64,000 nt of DNA from a virus: IMG/VR virus record IMGVR_UViG_3300050035_000066, positions 4,477-68,476 of that record; one strand, given 5' to 3'. Within the stretch, counting starts at the first letter, position 1; every line of letters starts with the position of its first letter. Both the position numbers and the translations under genes were made by a program. Under the pieces are notes generated by a model. It did not search any database. It saw nothing but the letters and a program-made list of their open reading frames with translations, and was not told the DNA's origin. This document shows, one piece after another, positions 18,363 to 29,976 of the stretch.

Positions 18363-19735
18363 TCTGGTCGAACTATGGAAATTCCTAGCCGACCAGAAGG
18401 ATCCATTTCCTGTTGAGCCGGAGGACATGAAAAACTTTGTTCTCCGGATCGCCAAAGCTGAAGAGGATCTGAAGCTTGAAAAACAAGTCCACAAGATTAC
18501 CTTGCGTGATCTTCAAACTGCTGAAGAACAAATCAGCACAACCTGCAAAAAGTGGCTTGCTGTTATTGATAAGAAGAAAGCCTAGTCTCACAAGGTTTCC
18601 TTGCTGCGCGTGGAAACCTTGTTCGCGTTAAAAGGAGAAAAACAATGTGGTTCCTGGTCGATGAACTTATTGAGCAGTCTGTCTTTCACGGTACGCACCG
18701 TGAAGTGTGGGAGAAGTTTCGTTCTCTCGAACCAAGTGACCAAGCTCATCATCATGTTGAGCCTGAATTCCTGCCCTTGATCAAGGGTAGCAAACGTGAA
18801 GCTCCTGTGGAGCGTGCAGATCCTGATTACACCGCTGGTGTAAAACGTTGCATCCGGGATCACGCTACCCGAACTGCCAGACAGCAGATTCGCAAAGAGT
18901 TACGTCAGTATATCTTTGGGGGATATGCAAGTGTGCGCTGTGAGGAATAAAATCACTTCAATACTCGTCTTTTGTTTGAGTGTTCCTCCGAAATAAAGAT
19001 GTCTAACTGAGGGGGCCAGCAATGGCCCTCTACATTAAACCTTTAAAGGATAGTTCCTCAGTGAATGCTTACATCCCACATTCCTTGCCTGCAATGACTT
19101 CAAAGATTCGTGCAAACCAATCAACAGATTGTCAGAGAGGCAGTCACGAAAGATGTGGCGGCCATCGTGCTCCTAAATATGGACAGCGTCCAATCTGCTG
19201 CTGCCCATGCCACAAGAAACCAAAAGAGGTATCAAATGACATGCAGCCAAATGCTCACGAAGTATGAAGATACGGCTGAAGAGAGCCGTGTAAACAAGCT
19301 TCTGGATAAGCTGATCACGCTTGAGCGTGATCTCAAAGAAGCTCGTGTTGGTTGGAATACAACTATTGCTGAAAACCTCAAACTCACAACTCAGATAGAG
19401 AACGCCAATTATATTATTGGTGTTCAACAACTGGAATTGGAACAACTAAGGAAGAGCGTATGAAAATAGTTCTCAATCATGAAGGCACGCTCAATGCACA
19501 AGAAGAGTGTGACCTACGCTATCTGCTTGCAGATGCTTTGCTCGATTTCATTCGAGTACGTCGAGAGCCACTCTACGTTGAAACACATTACATGTGGCAA
19601 TCCAAGGAATTCAGAGACAAAAAGAATATTGAAGTCTCTCGTCGTATGGATCTTGCTCACAAACTTCGCAGCACTGCACTTAACCTGACTCTTGAGGAAA
19701 ATAATGGCAAACAAGAAAGTGTTTGTATTCGGTAG
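18328..19735 (+). CDS. Cluster of hypothetical ORFs (18328-18585, 18645-18950, 19022-19267, ~19236-19463, 19460-19735)
   Basis: Tightly packed plus-strand ORFs; starts uncertain. Confidence 0.5.
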
Positions 19736-20090
19736 CAATGAGGCAGGCATTCATGGAGCGGGGGCAGCTAAGGCTGCCCTCCAATTGCATGGTGCTATAT
19801 TTGGTAAAAGCTATGGTCACTATGGTAACAGCTTTGCCATTCCAACCAAGAGCGAACTCATCGAGACAATGAACATCGAACGAGTTCGTGATTACGTGAC
19901 GGGTTTCATTGCTTATGCAAGAGGTCATCGTCACCTAACATTCATCGTTACACGTATCGGTTGTGGACGCGCTGGTTTCAAGGACAGAGAAATTGCACCG
20001 ATGTTTTTCGATGCTCCCAAGAATTGTCAGTTCGACAAGACATGGGAACCATTTCTTGGAGATAGTGTCGAGTATTGGGGGAGGTTCTGA
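19704..20090 (+). CDS. A1S_2505-family phage non-structural protein (macrodomain-like)
   Basis: VFVFGSNEAGIHGAGAAKAA...SFAIPT...F.VTRIGCG.AG signature. Confidence 0.8.
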   Translation: MANKKVFVFGSNEAGIHGAGAAKAALQLHGAIFGKSYGHYGNSFAIPTKSELIETMNIERVRDYVTGFIAYARGHRHLTFIVTRIGCGRAGFKDREIAPMFFDAPKNCQFDKTWEPFLGDSVEYWGRF

Positions 20091-21475
20091 TGAATCACAT
20101 ACAAGGAGGTTATCGCATGATGACGCATTTTGGAGATCCCTGCATTCACTGCCAGATTCTCCATGACGATGTTCCTGTTGGACCGTGCCAAGGCGATCCA
20201 GCGAAGGTGATTGATATTGCCTTCTGTTCGCTTGGTGTTCGACGGGATGGAATCGAGCGGTTCGTGGTACTGCAAAGTGATAATACACTGCGAGAGCATT
20301 ACGCGCACCCGGCGATGCACTTCGGAACACGCCATCAGGTGAACTGTACTGTCTTTCCGGCGTTGAGGTACGATCCGGAACTAAAGCAGACCGCCATTCG
20401 CGCTGGTTGGCTGGTAGGGAGGACTCACTAATGTTAACTAAAACTGAAAAGAAAGATGCTCTGCAATCTTTCATTGATGCTCGTAATCACTTAATACGAG
20501 TAATGGAACTTGATGGGAAAAGCATAGATGAAATGCTTCAAACCATTAATACAAGTCTTTACGATATTGGCCCAATCATTGTTGAAAATCGTAGAAAAGC
20601 AAGAGAGGGGATGAGCATGAAACTGAACGAAAAGCAGAAGCAGATTGCATGGGGAGCGTGGGTTGACCACTATGACGAGAACAGCAACGCGATTGGTGTG
20701 TATGCAGCAGTAGCCGCCGTTCTGGAGGCCCAGCGCTTCAAGGATAGCCCGAAAGCGCTATCGTTCCACGATTGGTGGACATCGCAGGGTAGGTTCATCG
20801 ACCCGGATACAGAGGATGTTCCTTGGTTCGATAAGCGTGAGGCGCTGGCAGAATATGCGTGGGACGCCGCTATGCGCCAGTCTGAGGAAATGTGCAGCTA
20901 ACTCCGCAGGATCATCGAAGCGGATTCTAACAGAGCTGAGCCGTAGAGCCTACGACAGCAGCGTGCCTATCACGCTGCTGGTGGTAGTAATCACCGCAAT
21001 CAACGAGAAGAGAGAAGGAGACCGAGCATGAGTGTACAGGTGTGTTACGAGTCTACGGTCGAGGGGCAGGCCACAGTCACCCTCCTCCAGCACGGGTGCA
21101 ACAAGTTCAGCGTCCAGTACGGCAAACAGTCTACGGGCATCACGGACTATAACCGAGCGGCCATGAACCTAGGGTCGTGCTTGATGCATGCGCTGGCGTG
21201 TGCTGGAAAGGTGGACAACCGGTGATAAAGATATTGATCACCGCTCGGAGGGACGCAGCAAAGGAGCAGAAGCCATGAATTGTAAAATTTGTGGTGAACC
21301 AATTAAATTAGTTCCTTCTGCTCAGGAGCGTGCTAAAACATATGGTAAAACTCCTGAGTATTACACCAATCTGTTCACAACACATAGTTGGTGTGAACTT
21401 CATAAGCGTGAGGAATCTCTAAGAGAATTCCTTGCTGCTAAACAGGAGAAATCCAATGAGCTTGAGCATTCATGA
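20090..21475 (+). CDS. Cluster of hypothetical ORFs (20090-20431, 20431-20901, 21028-21225, ~21275-21475 CxxC)
   Basis: Packed plus-strand ORFs. Confidence 0.5.
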
Positions 21476-22037
21476 AAAACGAGTGTTTGATAAAGCATTC
21501 GGAATAGAAACATCACGGCTGCAAATGTATACAGCCGTGGAAGCAGTAAAAGCATTAAGCCCAAAAACTGCATCACAAATGCTCCTCGAATTTCATAAGA
21601 AGTTCAATATACCTATGTTACCTTCACCCTGCATTCCACTACCCTCTCGTCAACAACTCAGAGTCGAGTTGATCGATGAAGAGTTTAAAGAATTCAAGGA
21701 AGGCATTGCAAATCATGACATCGTTGAGATAGCCGATGCATTGGCTGATCTCATCTACGTCATTTACGGTGCAGCCCTTGAGTTCGGTATTCCGATCGAC
21801 AAGGTTGTTGAAGAAGTTCATCGTTCCAACATGACCAAGGTCTGGCCGGATGGTACTATCCACCGTCGTGAAGACGGTAAGATCATGAAACCTCCCACGT
21901 ATTCACCTGCCAACATTAACAGCATTCTCTACCCCAATGGAGAAATGAAATATTCAAATGAGTTCACTTCAGGATCATCAAATCGAATTGGAGAGGTTGT
22001 TCAGCAAGAACCAATTGATCCCTCGGATCAAGGCTGA
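21456..22037 (+). CDS. MazG-like/PRA-PH NTP pyrophosphohydrolase
   Basis: ELIDEEFKEF...EIADALADLIYVIYG...EVHRSNMTK...REDGKIMKP. Confidence 0.85.
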   Translation: MSLSIHEKRVFDKAFGIETSRLQMYTAVEAVKALSPKTASQMLLEFHKKFNIPMLPSPCIPLPSRQQLRVELIDEEFKEFKEGIANHDIVEIADALADLIYVIYGAALEFGIPIDKVVEEVHRSNMTKVWPDGTIHRREDGKIMKPPTYSPANINSILYPNGEMKYSNEFTSGSSNRIGEVVQQEPIDPSDQG

Positions 22038-22773
22038 ATTCACCAACTGTGCTGTATTCAACTTTGAACATTTTCTCAAAGAGGTCAATATTCCTATCCT
22101 CTTTGGGATAGACATGCTCACTCAAATGGCTCTTCACAAGAGAGCCAGCATGGCAACTATGGTTGGTTGCCTTCGGCATCACTGCAACACTGCTCAAGAG
22201 GTTGCTGATCTATTGCTGCTCGCAGCAGAAAACAACCTTGTCAACTATGATGTCAGCACTCAAACATTCATTGTCAACTTCACGTTGAGTGATGATGTCC
22301 AAGCTGAACTTGATCGGTTCCAATATCCATTGCCTATGGTTGTGGAACCAAAAGAAGTAAAGTGCAATCGAGATACTGGGTATCTTACAACTTCGGGATC
22401 TATCATTCTCAAGAACAATCATCATAACGATGATGTTTGTTTGGAGCACATCAATCATGCGAATCGTGTTGAGTTCGTCATCAATGCAACAACTGCCAAG
22501 ATGGTCAAGAATCGCTGGCGTAATCTCGACAAGCCCAAACAGGGTGAGACTGTTGAAGAATTTCAAAAGCGCAAAAAGGCGTTTGAGAAATATGACTCAA
22601 CAGCGAAAGATGTCATCGATCTCTTGCTCAAGGAAGGCAATAGTTTTTTCCTAACTCACAAGTATGACAAACGTGGCAGAATTTACTGTCAGGGTTATCA
22701 CGTCAATTACCAAGGAGCATCATGGAACAAAGCTGTGCTAGAGTTTGCCAAGAAGGAGCAGATGGTCGATTGA
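21958..22773 (+). CDS. RNA polymerase II subunit 1 (N4 gp15-like)
   Basis: ELERLFSKNQLIPRI, FQYPLPMVVEP, THKYDKRGRIYCQGYHVNYQG. Confidence 0.92.
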   Translation: MSSLQDHQIELERLFSKNQLIPRIKAEFTNCAVFNFEHFLKEVNIPILFGIDMLTQMALHKRASMATMVGCLRHHCNTAQEVADLLLLAAENNLVNYDVSTQTFIVNFTLSDDVQAELDRFQYPLPMVVEPKEVKCNRDTGYLTTSGSIILKNNHHNDDVCLEHINHANRVEFVINATTAKMVKNRWRNLDKPKQGETVEEFQKRKKAFEKYDSTAKDVIDLLLKEGNSFFLTHKYDKRGRIYCQGYHVNYQGASWNKAVLEFAKKEQMVD

Positions 22774-22784
22774 AGGTCCAGACA

Positions 22785-24301
22785 ATGGACCTTCAGACGT
22801 TCAACTGTCTCAAGCGTACCTTCGCAGATCTTGCAATTGGTGACACATTCGATTTCATCAGAATGGCTCAACCTGTGATGAATTCGTTCTATCGCCGTTA
22901 TGTAAAGATTTCTGCTCGACGGTATCAAGCAACCACGGAACCAAAGACTATATACAACATTGGTTCCATCCATACCTGTGTCTACCATCTGGAGGAAATC
23001 GATGGGTTTTGAATTTGATCTTCGTACGGTTCCTGCTGATAATCAGGATCCAAAAATTCAACATCTACAGGCCATGAACAATCAACTCTGTAAAGAGTTG
23101 ATTGCTCTGGCTGAACCAAAAACACAAATCTGGATGGACATTGAATCCGCTCCATTGAATGGAATGGCTATCCTACTCGCTCGTATCGACAAGGAAGATG
23201 ACACTGTCATCTTTGCCACAGAAGGTTTGTGGGAGCTTGTTGAATACAGTGACATTGATGGCAGACCCGTTTATGACTGGTCTGTCAAATCTGGTTACAT
23301 GGATGAGCCAACTCACTGGATGTTTCTTCCAAAGGTGGTAAAGTGAAACATTTCAAGATCACTGGTACCATGGTTGAGGAAAACGATGGTTGTCCAACAA
23401 TCTATATCCGAACCAAAACAGAAACGCAGGAGTTCATTGACATTCCAGAATGGATGACTCCTGCCCAAACTGAAGCCGTTAATAGGAAATACGCACAAGA
23501 TCCTGATGGCTCACCCTCACTCAAGCATTTTTATACTCGTGTGAAACCTGCCATCGGTGGATACTGTAGTATCCGATGGTGTGGGATATGGCTTGGTATA
23601 GAGAAAGATGGGTACACTCACTCATGAGTGAAATGACACCCAACAAAACCATGCCTCATCGCATCTACCTCAATTACATCTTATTTTTTCAATCAACCAG
23701 TGAATACGAAGCTCGTCGTCAGTTTGACATATTAAAACTGATGGTAAAAGATCCCCGTCATCACTATTACAAACGAAAAGTGGAATTGTTCAATGGGCAA
23801 CACTGCATTGATTTCTACAAGTTTCGTGAAGAAGAGGAGTGTAATGCTTCACACTATATCGTTGAACCTCCTCCTTTGGCTTGAGGATGGTCTGGATGCT
23901 ATTGGGCAGAAGCAGAGTCAAACAGACTTCGTTTCTGCCCATAAGAAGTTATCTCAACAGCAGGCTGAGATTATTTATCAGACTGCAACTAACATGATCA
24001 CCATTCACAAAACACAGAAGCGAGCCATCGCTTATGTGCAGCAAGAAAAATGCAAATACAGGAAAAAATCATGATCTGCAATGAACGAGTTCCTTTCCGA
24101 CTAATTCAGATGCCTTGCTGTCAGCATCTATTCTGCAACGTCAACCACCGTTGGCCTAGCTTCTGTCCAAATTGTGGAGCACATGTATTCCCTCAAATAA
24201 AGGGCTGTGCTCTCATTTTGGATGAAGATGCTTGGCTCAAATATGACAATGGAGAGAAAGACAATGCAAAGATTCTCGGCAAAAGAGTATCTCAAGATTG
24301 A
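22785..24301 (+). CDS. Six small ORFs between the RNAP II subunits (22785-23012; 23002-23346 DUF551-like; 23343-23627 GIWLGIEKDGYTHS family; 23624-23884; 23844-24074; 24071-24301 Zn-ribbon)
   Basis: Overlapping start/stop chain; W.DIESAP...PTHWM motif; CC..C...CPNCG motif. Confidence 0.6.
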
Positions 24302-25469
24302 CGTTGCCAACAGCTTTGGCTTGGACAAGAAAAGCTGGGCAGAGCGAATCCGTTGGTTCGATGACAATGAAAAAGACTTTGGCCAACTGATTTACAAAGC
24401 CGAAGAACCTGCAATGTTCTTCGCTGGAATCTCTGCATGGGAAGCAGTGAAGAAGGGCGAACCGATCGGTTATCCGATATCCCTCGATGCAACATCTTCT
24501 GGTCTACAGATACTGGCTGCTCTTACAGGTGACCTGTCAGCAGCCAAGCTCTGTAATGTGATCAACACTGGCAATCGTGAAGATGCCTACACCAATGTCT
24601 ACAAGTTCATGATCAACATTCTCGGTGAGGATGCAAAGATCCAACGTGAAGACACGAAGCGCGCGATTATGACTAGTTTGTATGGTTCACGGGCTGTGCC
24701 TAAAGAAGTATTTGGTGAAGGTGTTTTATACAACTTGTTCATCTCCACCATGCAACTCTTGGCTCCAGCAGCATGGGAATTGAACCAAACATTTTTGGAT
24801 ATGTGGAACCCAACAGCGTTAGAGAATAGCTGGATCCTGCCTGATAATTTTCACGTTCATGTGAAGATCGTCAGCACGATGGGTGAGACTGTCCATGTAT
24901 TCAATGAACCCATCGACACAGTACGCAAGATTAATGCTCCAATGTCCGAAGGACGATCTCTTGGAGCCAATACCATTCACTCTATTGATGGCATGATTGT
25001 GCGTGAGATGACTCGTCGTTGTGACTACAACCCAGAAATAGTTCAAGAAGCCTATCGAATCTTAGTAGATCAACCAAAAAAGCCTACTTATCCTCGAACA
25101 GATAACGTGAAGATGGTTGAAACTCTTTGGCACAACTATCAATATTCTGGATTCCTATCTGCTAGGATTCTGGACTACATCGATGAAGACTCAGTGAACG
25201 TGATTGACGTTCGTCAAGATGTCATCAACCTACTTCGATCACTGCCGGAAATACCATTCCAAATCATCGCTGTTCATGACTGCTTCAGGTGCCTGCCCAA
25301 CCATGCCAATGACATGAGAGAGCAGTACAATCTGCAACTGATGCTGATTGCTCGCTCGAACTTGCTGGGCTTTCTGCTCAGTCAAATCATGGGCAAGCCA
25401 ATCGTCATTGGGAAACTCCATCCAGATTTTTGGAAACAAATCATGGACACTGACTATGCTCTAAGTTAA
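24264..25469 (+). CDS. RNA polymerase II subunit 2 (N4 gp16-like, T7-type catalytic half)
   Basis: SLDATSSGLQ (motif A), R...K.AIMTSLYG (motif B), AVHDCF (motif C). Confidence 0.93.
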   Translation: MQRFSAKEYLKIDVANSFGLDKKSWAERIRWFDDNEKDFGQLIYKAEEPAMFFAGISAWEAVKKGEPIGYPISLDATSSGLQILAALTGDLSAAKLCNVINTGNREDAYTNVYKFMINILGEDAKIQREDTKRAIMTSLYGSRAVPKEVFGEGVLYNLFISTMQLLAPAAWELNQTFLDMWNPTALENSWILPDNFHVHVKIVSTMGETVHVFNEPIDTVRKINAPMSEGRSLGANTIHSIDGMIVREMTRRCDYNPEIVQEAYRILVDQPKKPTYPRTDNVKMVETLWHNYQYSGFLSARILDYIDEDSVNVIDVRQDVINLLRSLPEIPFQIIAVHDCFRCLPNHANDMREQYNLQLMLIARSNLLGFLLSQIMGKPIVIGKLHPDFWKQIMDTDYALS

Positions 25470-25524
25470 GATTATGGAGAGTCTTCTGTAAGGGACTTCA
25501 CCTTAATGGAAAGAGGTTCAACTA

Positions 25525-26007
25525 ATGAAGTACATCGTCTCTGTAAACCCCGATGCAAAAGAAGTAGCTATTTCCCCGCATGGTGAATCAGTTCCCACAG
25601 GATTTGAAGAAGTGACTGAGTTCTTCCATGGTGAGGACACTGACTCACCGGAAGTTCCCGAAACCGACAACCTGGGCTTTTCAAAGAGCCACACTATCTA
25701 CAGCCATGTCAAAGATATTCTCTTTGCCAATGGTCAAGTCGATGTGAAGTATTGGAAGATCATCATGGTGTTTCCAGTTCAAATCGATGCAGAAATCAAA
25801 GTGGAACAGACAATTCAGCTTGATGTGTCTGGCTCCGGTACGGGTCGCTATCCGGAAGATACCAACTGGACGGAAGTGAGCGACGGTACAGACTATCCGC
25901 CCACTGGGCAGACAGAACCTGTTACTGAGCCAATGGAAGAGAAACTTCCAAGCATCGAAGAAAATGCTGACTTTGATGAAACACTGGGATCAGCTAAAAA
26001 CATCTAG
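25525..26007 (+). CDS. N4 gp17-like capsid decoration protein N-terminal domain with acidic tail
   Basis: F.H...D.LG...SH.IY.HVKD.L motif, positioned after RNAP II; no complete Ig repeats seen. Confidence 0.55.
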   Translation: MKYIVSVNPDAKEVAISPHGESVPTGFEEVTEFFHGEDTDSPEVPETDNLGFSKSHTIYSHVKDILFANGQVDVKYWKIIMVFPVQIDAEIKVEQTIQLDVSGSGTGRYPEDTNWTEVSDGTDYPPTGQTEPVTEPMEEKLPSIEENADFDETLGSAKNI

Positions 26008-26026
26008 TTAGATCGTTTTTGCGAAG

Positions 26027-26052
26027 AAGCCCCCCAGATTCTGGGGGGCTTT
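26027..26052 (+). terminator. Intrinsic terminator
   Basis: aagccccccaga t tctggggggctt t. Confidence 0.7.
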
Positions 26053-26066
26053 CACTTTGGAGAATT

Positions 26067-26405
26067 ATGACTGATCGCAGAGAACAAATCCTACTTCGCA
26101 TCGAAGCTCGTTGCGACATCGTTGACACAGGCTTCATTCTTGATGACAAGCCATCACCCTGCCATCTATGGACTGGTCCAACATCCGGAGATGGACGTGG
26201 TGGTGGTTACGGTCGCATGAGCCTGGATAGTCAAACCGTTGCTGTTCACATCGTCATAGCCACTCACTATTATGGTTACATCCCAAGAGGCAAGCAGGTT
26301 GATCATCTCTGCAACCAGAGACGATGTGTTAACCCTGCACATCTTGAGATTGTCACTCACCTTATCAACCAACGCCGAAGGAGTATGCGAGCCAATGGGG
26401 AATAA
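26067..26405 (+). CDS. HNH endonuclease (N4 gp22-like)
   Basis: CHLWTG...GYGR...VH...[18 protein letters not shown]. Confidence 0.88.
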   Translation: MTDRREQILLRIEARCDIVDTGFILDDKPSPCHLWTGPTSGDGRGGGYGRMSLDSQTVAVHIVIATHYYGYIPRGKQVDHLCNQRRCVNPAHLEIVTHLINQRRRSMRANGE

Positions 26406-26601
26406 TGTTAGTCGTTCTACTCAATGGTCTGAGGAACCTGTGAAACCAACAGGTCCAATTTGTGGAGCAATGCAACCATCATGGCCATTTAAGGTTTGCA
26501 ATCGCAAACCAAATCATGATAGTGATCACTGTCAACAAAAACAACAAGGGATCGCCATGGTCGATGTATGGTGGCCCAAGCACAAGGAGCCAAAGGAATA
26601 A
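26394..26601 (+). CDS. Small hypothetical protein (C/H motif)
   Basis: MGNNVS...CGAM...[10 protein letters not shown] between the HNH and ATPase genes; start approximate. Confidence 0.4.
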
Positions 26602-27635
26602 TGGATCTTTACCGCTGTACACCACGACAGGCTCGTGCGTTCATCATTGATATTCTCGAAGCCGGACTGGTCCCATATTTAGAGAGCAGTCCAGGAATGG
26701 GTAAATCAACAATCATTCATTCCATTGGATCCGAAGCCAAGCTCTTCAAGATTGATCATCGTCTCTCCACCTCGGCACCAGAAGATCTTTCTGGGCTACC
26801 TCACTTCAACAAACTTGGCCAAGCCATGTTTGCTCCATTTGTAGATCTCTTTCCGATCGAAGGGACACCCATCCCTGATGGTTGTGAGGGCTGGCTACTC
26901 TTCTTGGATGAATTTAATGCTGCACCCCGGAACATTCAAGCGGCAGCTTACAAGCTCATCTTGGATAAGATGGTAGGCCAGAAGAGACTTCATTCTCAGG
27001 TCGCCATCGCAGCAGCAGGTAATCTGGCTACTGACAAAGCCATCACCAATCCTCTTTCAACTGCCATGCAGTCGAGGCTCATTCACCTTGAAATGACCAC
27101 CGACTTTGATGAATGGTTAGAGGATGTCGCCTTCAAATATAACTTTGACCAGAGAGTCATTGCTTATCTGTCTGCCTACAAAGATAAGTTTATGGACTTC
27201 CGTCCTGACCATCACGAGAAGACTTTTTGTTGCCCTCGTACTTGGGAGTTCGTTCACAAACTGATTAAAGACAAACCTGAGTTGCCTGATAGTTTCGCCA
27301 TTTTGTTGGCTGGAACCATTACCAGTGGTGTGGCTGCCGACTTCGTTCAATTCTGCAAGGTCTATAAGGAACTGGTCAGTATCAGCGAGATTCTTCGTGA
27401 TCCTGAAACGTGCCGATTGCCTCAAGAAAACAATGAACGGTGGGCTACGATCACCATGATGATGAGTGAAATCACTGAAAAGAATTTCAAGGATCTCTCC
27501 AAGTATGCCGATCGATTTGGCCTCGATTTCCGTATTCTGTTTTACAGATCGGTGATCGTTCGTCATATGAATCTGCGAACTCATCCTGCCTTTGCTTCAG
27601 CAATGGTTGCACTCTCACGTTACCTTCACGATTAA
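26601..27635 (+). CDS. MoxR-like AAA+ ATPase (N4 gp24-like)
   Basis: SSPGMGKS Walker A, LLFLDE Walker B, AAGN, PRTWE. Confidence 0.9.
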   Translation: MDLYRCTPRQARAFIIDILEAGLVPYLESSPGMGKSTIIHSIGSEAKLFKIDHRLSTSAPEDLSGLPHFNKLGQAMFAPFVDLFPIEGTPIPDGCEGWLLFLDEFNAAPRNIQAAAYKLILDKMVGQKRLHSQVAIAAAGNLATDKAITNPLSTAMQSRLIHLEMTTDFDEWLEDVAFKYNFDQRVIAYLSAYKDKFMDFRPDHHEKTFCCPRTWEFVHKLIKDKPELPDSFAILLAGTITSGVAADFVQFCKVYKELVSISEILRDPETCRLPQENNERWATITMMMSEITEKNFKDLSKYADRFGLDFRILFYRSVIVRHMNLRTHPAFASAMVALSRYLHD

Positions 27636-28784
27636 TTGGAGGAACCAGTGGAAGACTATTCACATCTGAATAAAGATCTGGATAAAGCCAAGACTTCGAT
27701 CTTCATGGGCAAGCATCCAACTTTTTTTGGATCACTGATGTGCTCGTTGAATTTTCGTTGGGACACCAGCATTAAGACAGCAGGCACCAATGCCATTGAT
27801 CTAGTCTGGAATCCAGATTTCTTCACGCAACTTACACCCAAGGCTCGTGAGACAGTTCTCAAACATGAGCTTTGGCATGTTGCTCGACTTCATCACATCA
27901 GGCAGGGAACCAGAGATCATCAGAACTGGAACATTGCCTGTGACTACCGTATCAACAATGATCTACATCGAGAGGGATGCAGCTTTCAAGGAATTGAAAA
28001 TTGCTGCTTGAATCCTTCCTATGATGACAATGGCATCATGGCTGAAGAAGATATCTATGATCTGCTTCAGAAGTTACCTCCACCATCCCCTGACAAGGGT
28101 AGTTGGCAACAAGGTGATGACGGTGATCTGATCCCTCAAAAAGATTCACAAGCCAACCATGCAGCAACTGTCAATGCTGTAGTCCGAGCAGTGCAGGAAG
28201 CCAAGCTGGCTGGTGAAGCTGGATCTATTCCGGGAAGTGTAGAAGAGATACTCAAAAATTTTCTTGAGCCTCAGATACCATGGCGAACCGTGTTTATGCA
28301 ATGGTTCACCGACCTACTCAATGAAGATTTCACATGGAGACGACCCAACAGACGTTTCTCTGATATCTATCTACCATCACGCTTTCTCGATGATGGTCGG
28401 TTAGAGCATCTGGCTTACTATCTTGATGTGTCTGGCTCAATCTCTGCATCAGAGATACTCACTTTTAATAGTGAGGTCAAATATATTCAAGAGACTCTAA
28501 AGCCTGAACGTCTCACGTTAATTCAATTCGATGTTCGTATTACCAACGTGAAAGAATTCAAGGAAGAAGATCCCTTCGATGAAATACAAATTGTAGGTCG
28601 AGGTGGTACTTCATTGGTTCCAGTGAAGGCTCACATCGAGAAAATCAAACCTACCGCAGCAGTGATCTTTACTGATCTGCAAGTTCCACCCATGCAACCA
28701 CTAGATTTTGATATTCCAGTGATCTGGGTGACAACTAGTAAAGCTGCAACAGTACCATTTGGCAAGCTCATTCGCTTGTCCTAA
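27636..28784 (+). CDS. Metallopeptidase/vWA protein (N4 gp25-like)
   Basis: HELWH HExxH, WNIACD..IN, DVSGS MIDAS, GRGGT, FTD. Confidence 0.9.
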   Translation: MEEPVEDYSHLNKDLDKAKTSIFMGKHPTFFGSLMCSLNFRWDTSIKTAGTNAIDLVWNPDFFTQLTPKARETVLKHELWHVARLHHIRQGTRDHQNWNIACDYRINNDLHREGCSFQGIENCCLNPSYDDNGIMAEEDIYDLLQKLPPPSPDKGSWQQGDDGDLIPQKDSQANHAATVNAVVRAVQEAKLAGEAGSIPGSVEEILKNFLEPQIPWRTVFMQWFTDLLNEDFTWRRPNRRFSDIYLPSRFLDDGRLEHLAYYLDVSGSISASEILTFNSEVKYIQETLKPERLTLIQFDVRITNVKEFKEEDPFDEIQIVGRGGTSLVPVKAHIEKIKPTAAVIFTDLQVPPMQPLDFDIPVIWVTTSKAATVPFGKLIRLS

Positions 28785-28821
28785 CCGACGACGGAGTCAG
28801 TCGTATTGGAGCTAAAACCCA

Positions 28822-28989
28822 ATGAAGAACAAAGATGAAGAAATTGAGAAATTGATCGACAAGGCATCAAAATCAAATGACTCCAATGATGCCCTGAAGT
28901 TCTCACAAGCTGCTTGTAATGCAGCTAACGCAGTGATGTGCATGATCAATGCAAAGATTGCTGAAGCGAACATACCAATCGCAAAGTAA
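28822..28989 (+). CDS. 55-aa conserved small phage protein (DALKFSQAACNAANA)
   Basis: Not in the track; GGAG RBS; flanked by hairpins. Confidence 0.55.
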   Translation: MKNKDEEIEKLIDKASKSNDSNDALKFSQAACNAANAVMCMINAKIAEANIPIAK

Positions 28990-29070
28990 TACAGGTAAAA
29001 TCAAACGCCGAGATCGGTCTTGGTCTCAACCGATTGGATCTCGGCGTTACCTGAACTAAGAGAGGAAACA

Positions 29071-29517
29071 ATGGACGATCAACAATATATCGAGGACTCC
29101 AAAGTTCTGTTGAGCAGGATGCGTATAGCAACCTACCCACTGAAGCGAACTCTGGAAAAGATCAAACACAACGAGAAGCGAATGGCGATGCTTAAACAAG
29201 CCGAGATTCTCGAAGAAGCCATGACTGCCTTGGAAAAATATCTTCACAGATAGTCATCAAACCGTGGATAATATCCATCAGTGAGGTTCCATATGCCAAC
29301 GCCAATTAGAGAAGCGTTCACTCCCTATCAGGAAGCTGTTCGATTGGGCACAGTTGCACATGAAGTTGGAATCAACTGGTCCGTTGTTATCTTCAAAGAA
29401 GATAGTACAGTGGCCGCATTCATCAACAACTGCACTCAACATGGTTATCGTACTCGCAATGAAGCCATCACCAGCGAAGGCAACTACGCTGTTCAGTATC
29501 ACCATTCTGCTGACTGA
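29071..29517 (+). CDS. Two hypothetical ORFs (29071-29253, 29293-29517)
   Basis: GAGG RBSs; operon context. Confidence 0.5.
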
Positions 29518-29528
29518 GGAGAAAGACA

Positions 29529-29975
29529 TTGATCATCAACCAATCGTACCTACTCGAAAAGGCACCCATCAAAAATATGGTATCCTCCAAACAAAGGTTT
29601 AAGGGGTTTTCTTGGGGTCTGACAGAGTGTGGCTACGACATCAGAATCAAACAGCGAGTCGTCATGTACCCCGGTCACCGCTTTGTTCTTGGATCAAGTA
29701 TTGAAGAATTCGATATGCCCGACGATCTGATGGGTAGAATTCTGAACAAATCAACGTGGGCACGGCTTGGTGTGGATGCTTCTATCACCACAAATATAGA
29801 GCCAGGATGGAAGGGATTTCTAACCATCGAGTTGCATTATATGAAACTTCGGCCTATCGTTATTCCAGCAGGAGTTGGGATCGCTCAGGTTATCTTTGAG
29901 AGCATCACAACCCCCACAGGGTATATTGGCAAGTACCAGAACCAAGAAAATAAACCCATAGCGGCACGGAGATGA
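29529..29975 (+). CDS. dcd: dCTP deaminase
   Basis: GYDIR, KSTWARLG, IEPGWKGFLTIEL, IAQVIF, Y.GKYQNQ. Confidence 0.9.
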   Translation: MIINQSYLLEKAPIKNMVSSKQRFKGFSWGLTECGYDIRIKQRVVMYPGHRFVLGSSIEEFDMPDDLMGRILNKSTWARLGVDASITTNIEPGWKGFLTIELHYMKLRPIVIPAGVGIAQVIFESITTPTGYIGKYQNQENKPIAARR

Positions 29976-29976
29976 A

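Noticed and set aside
21958-25469. RNAP II split into two genes with inserts between them
   Set aside because: Normal for N4-like phages
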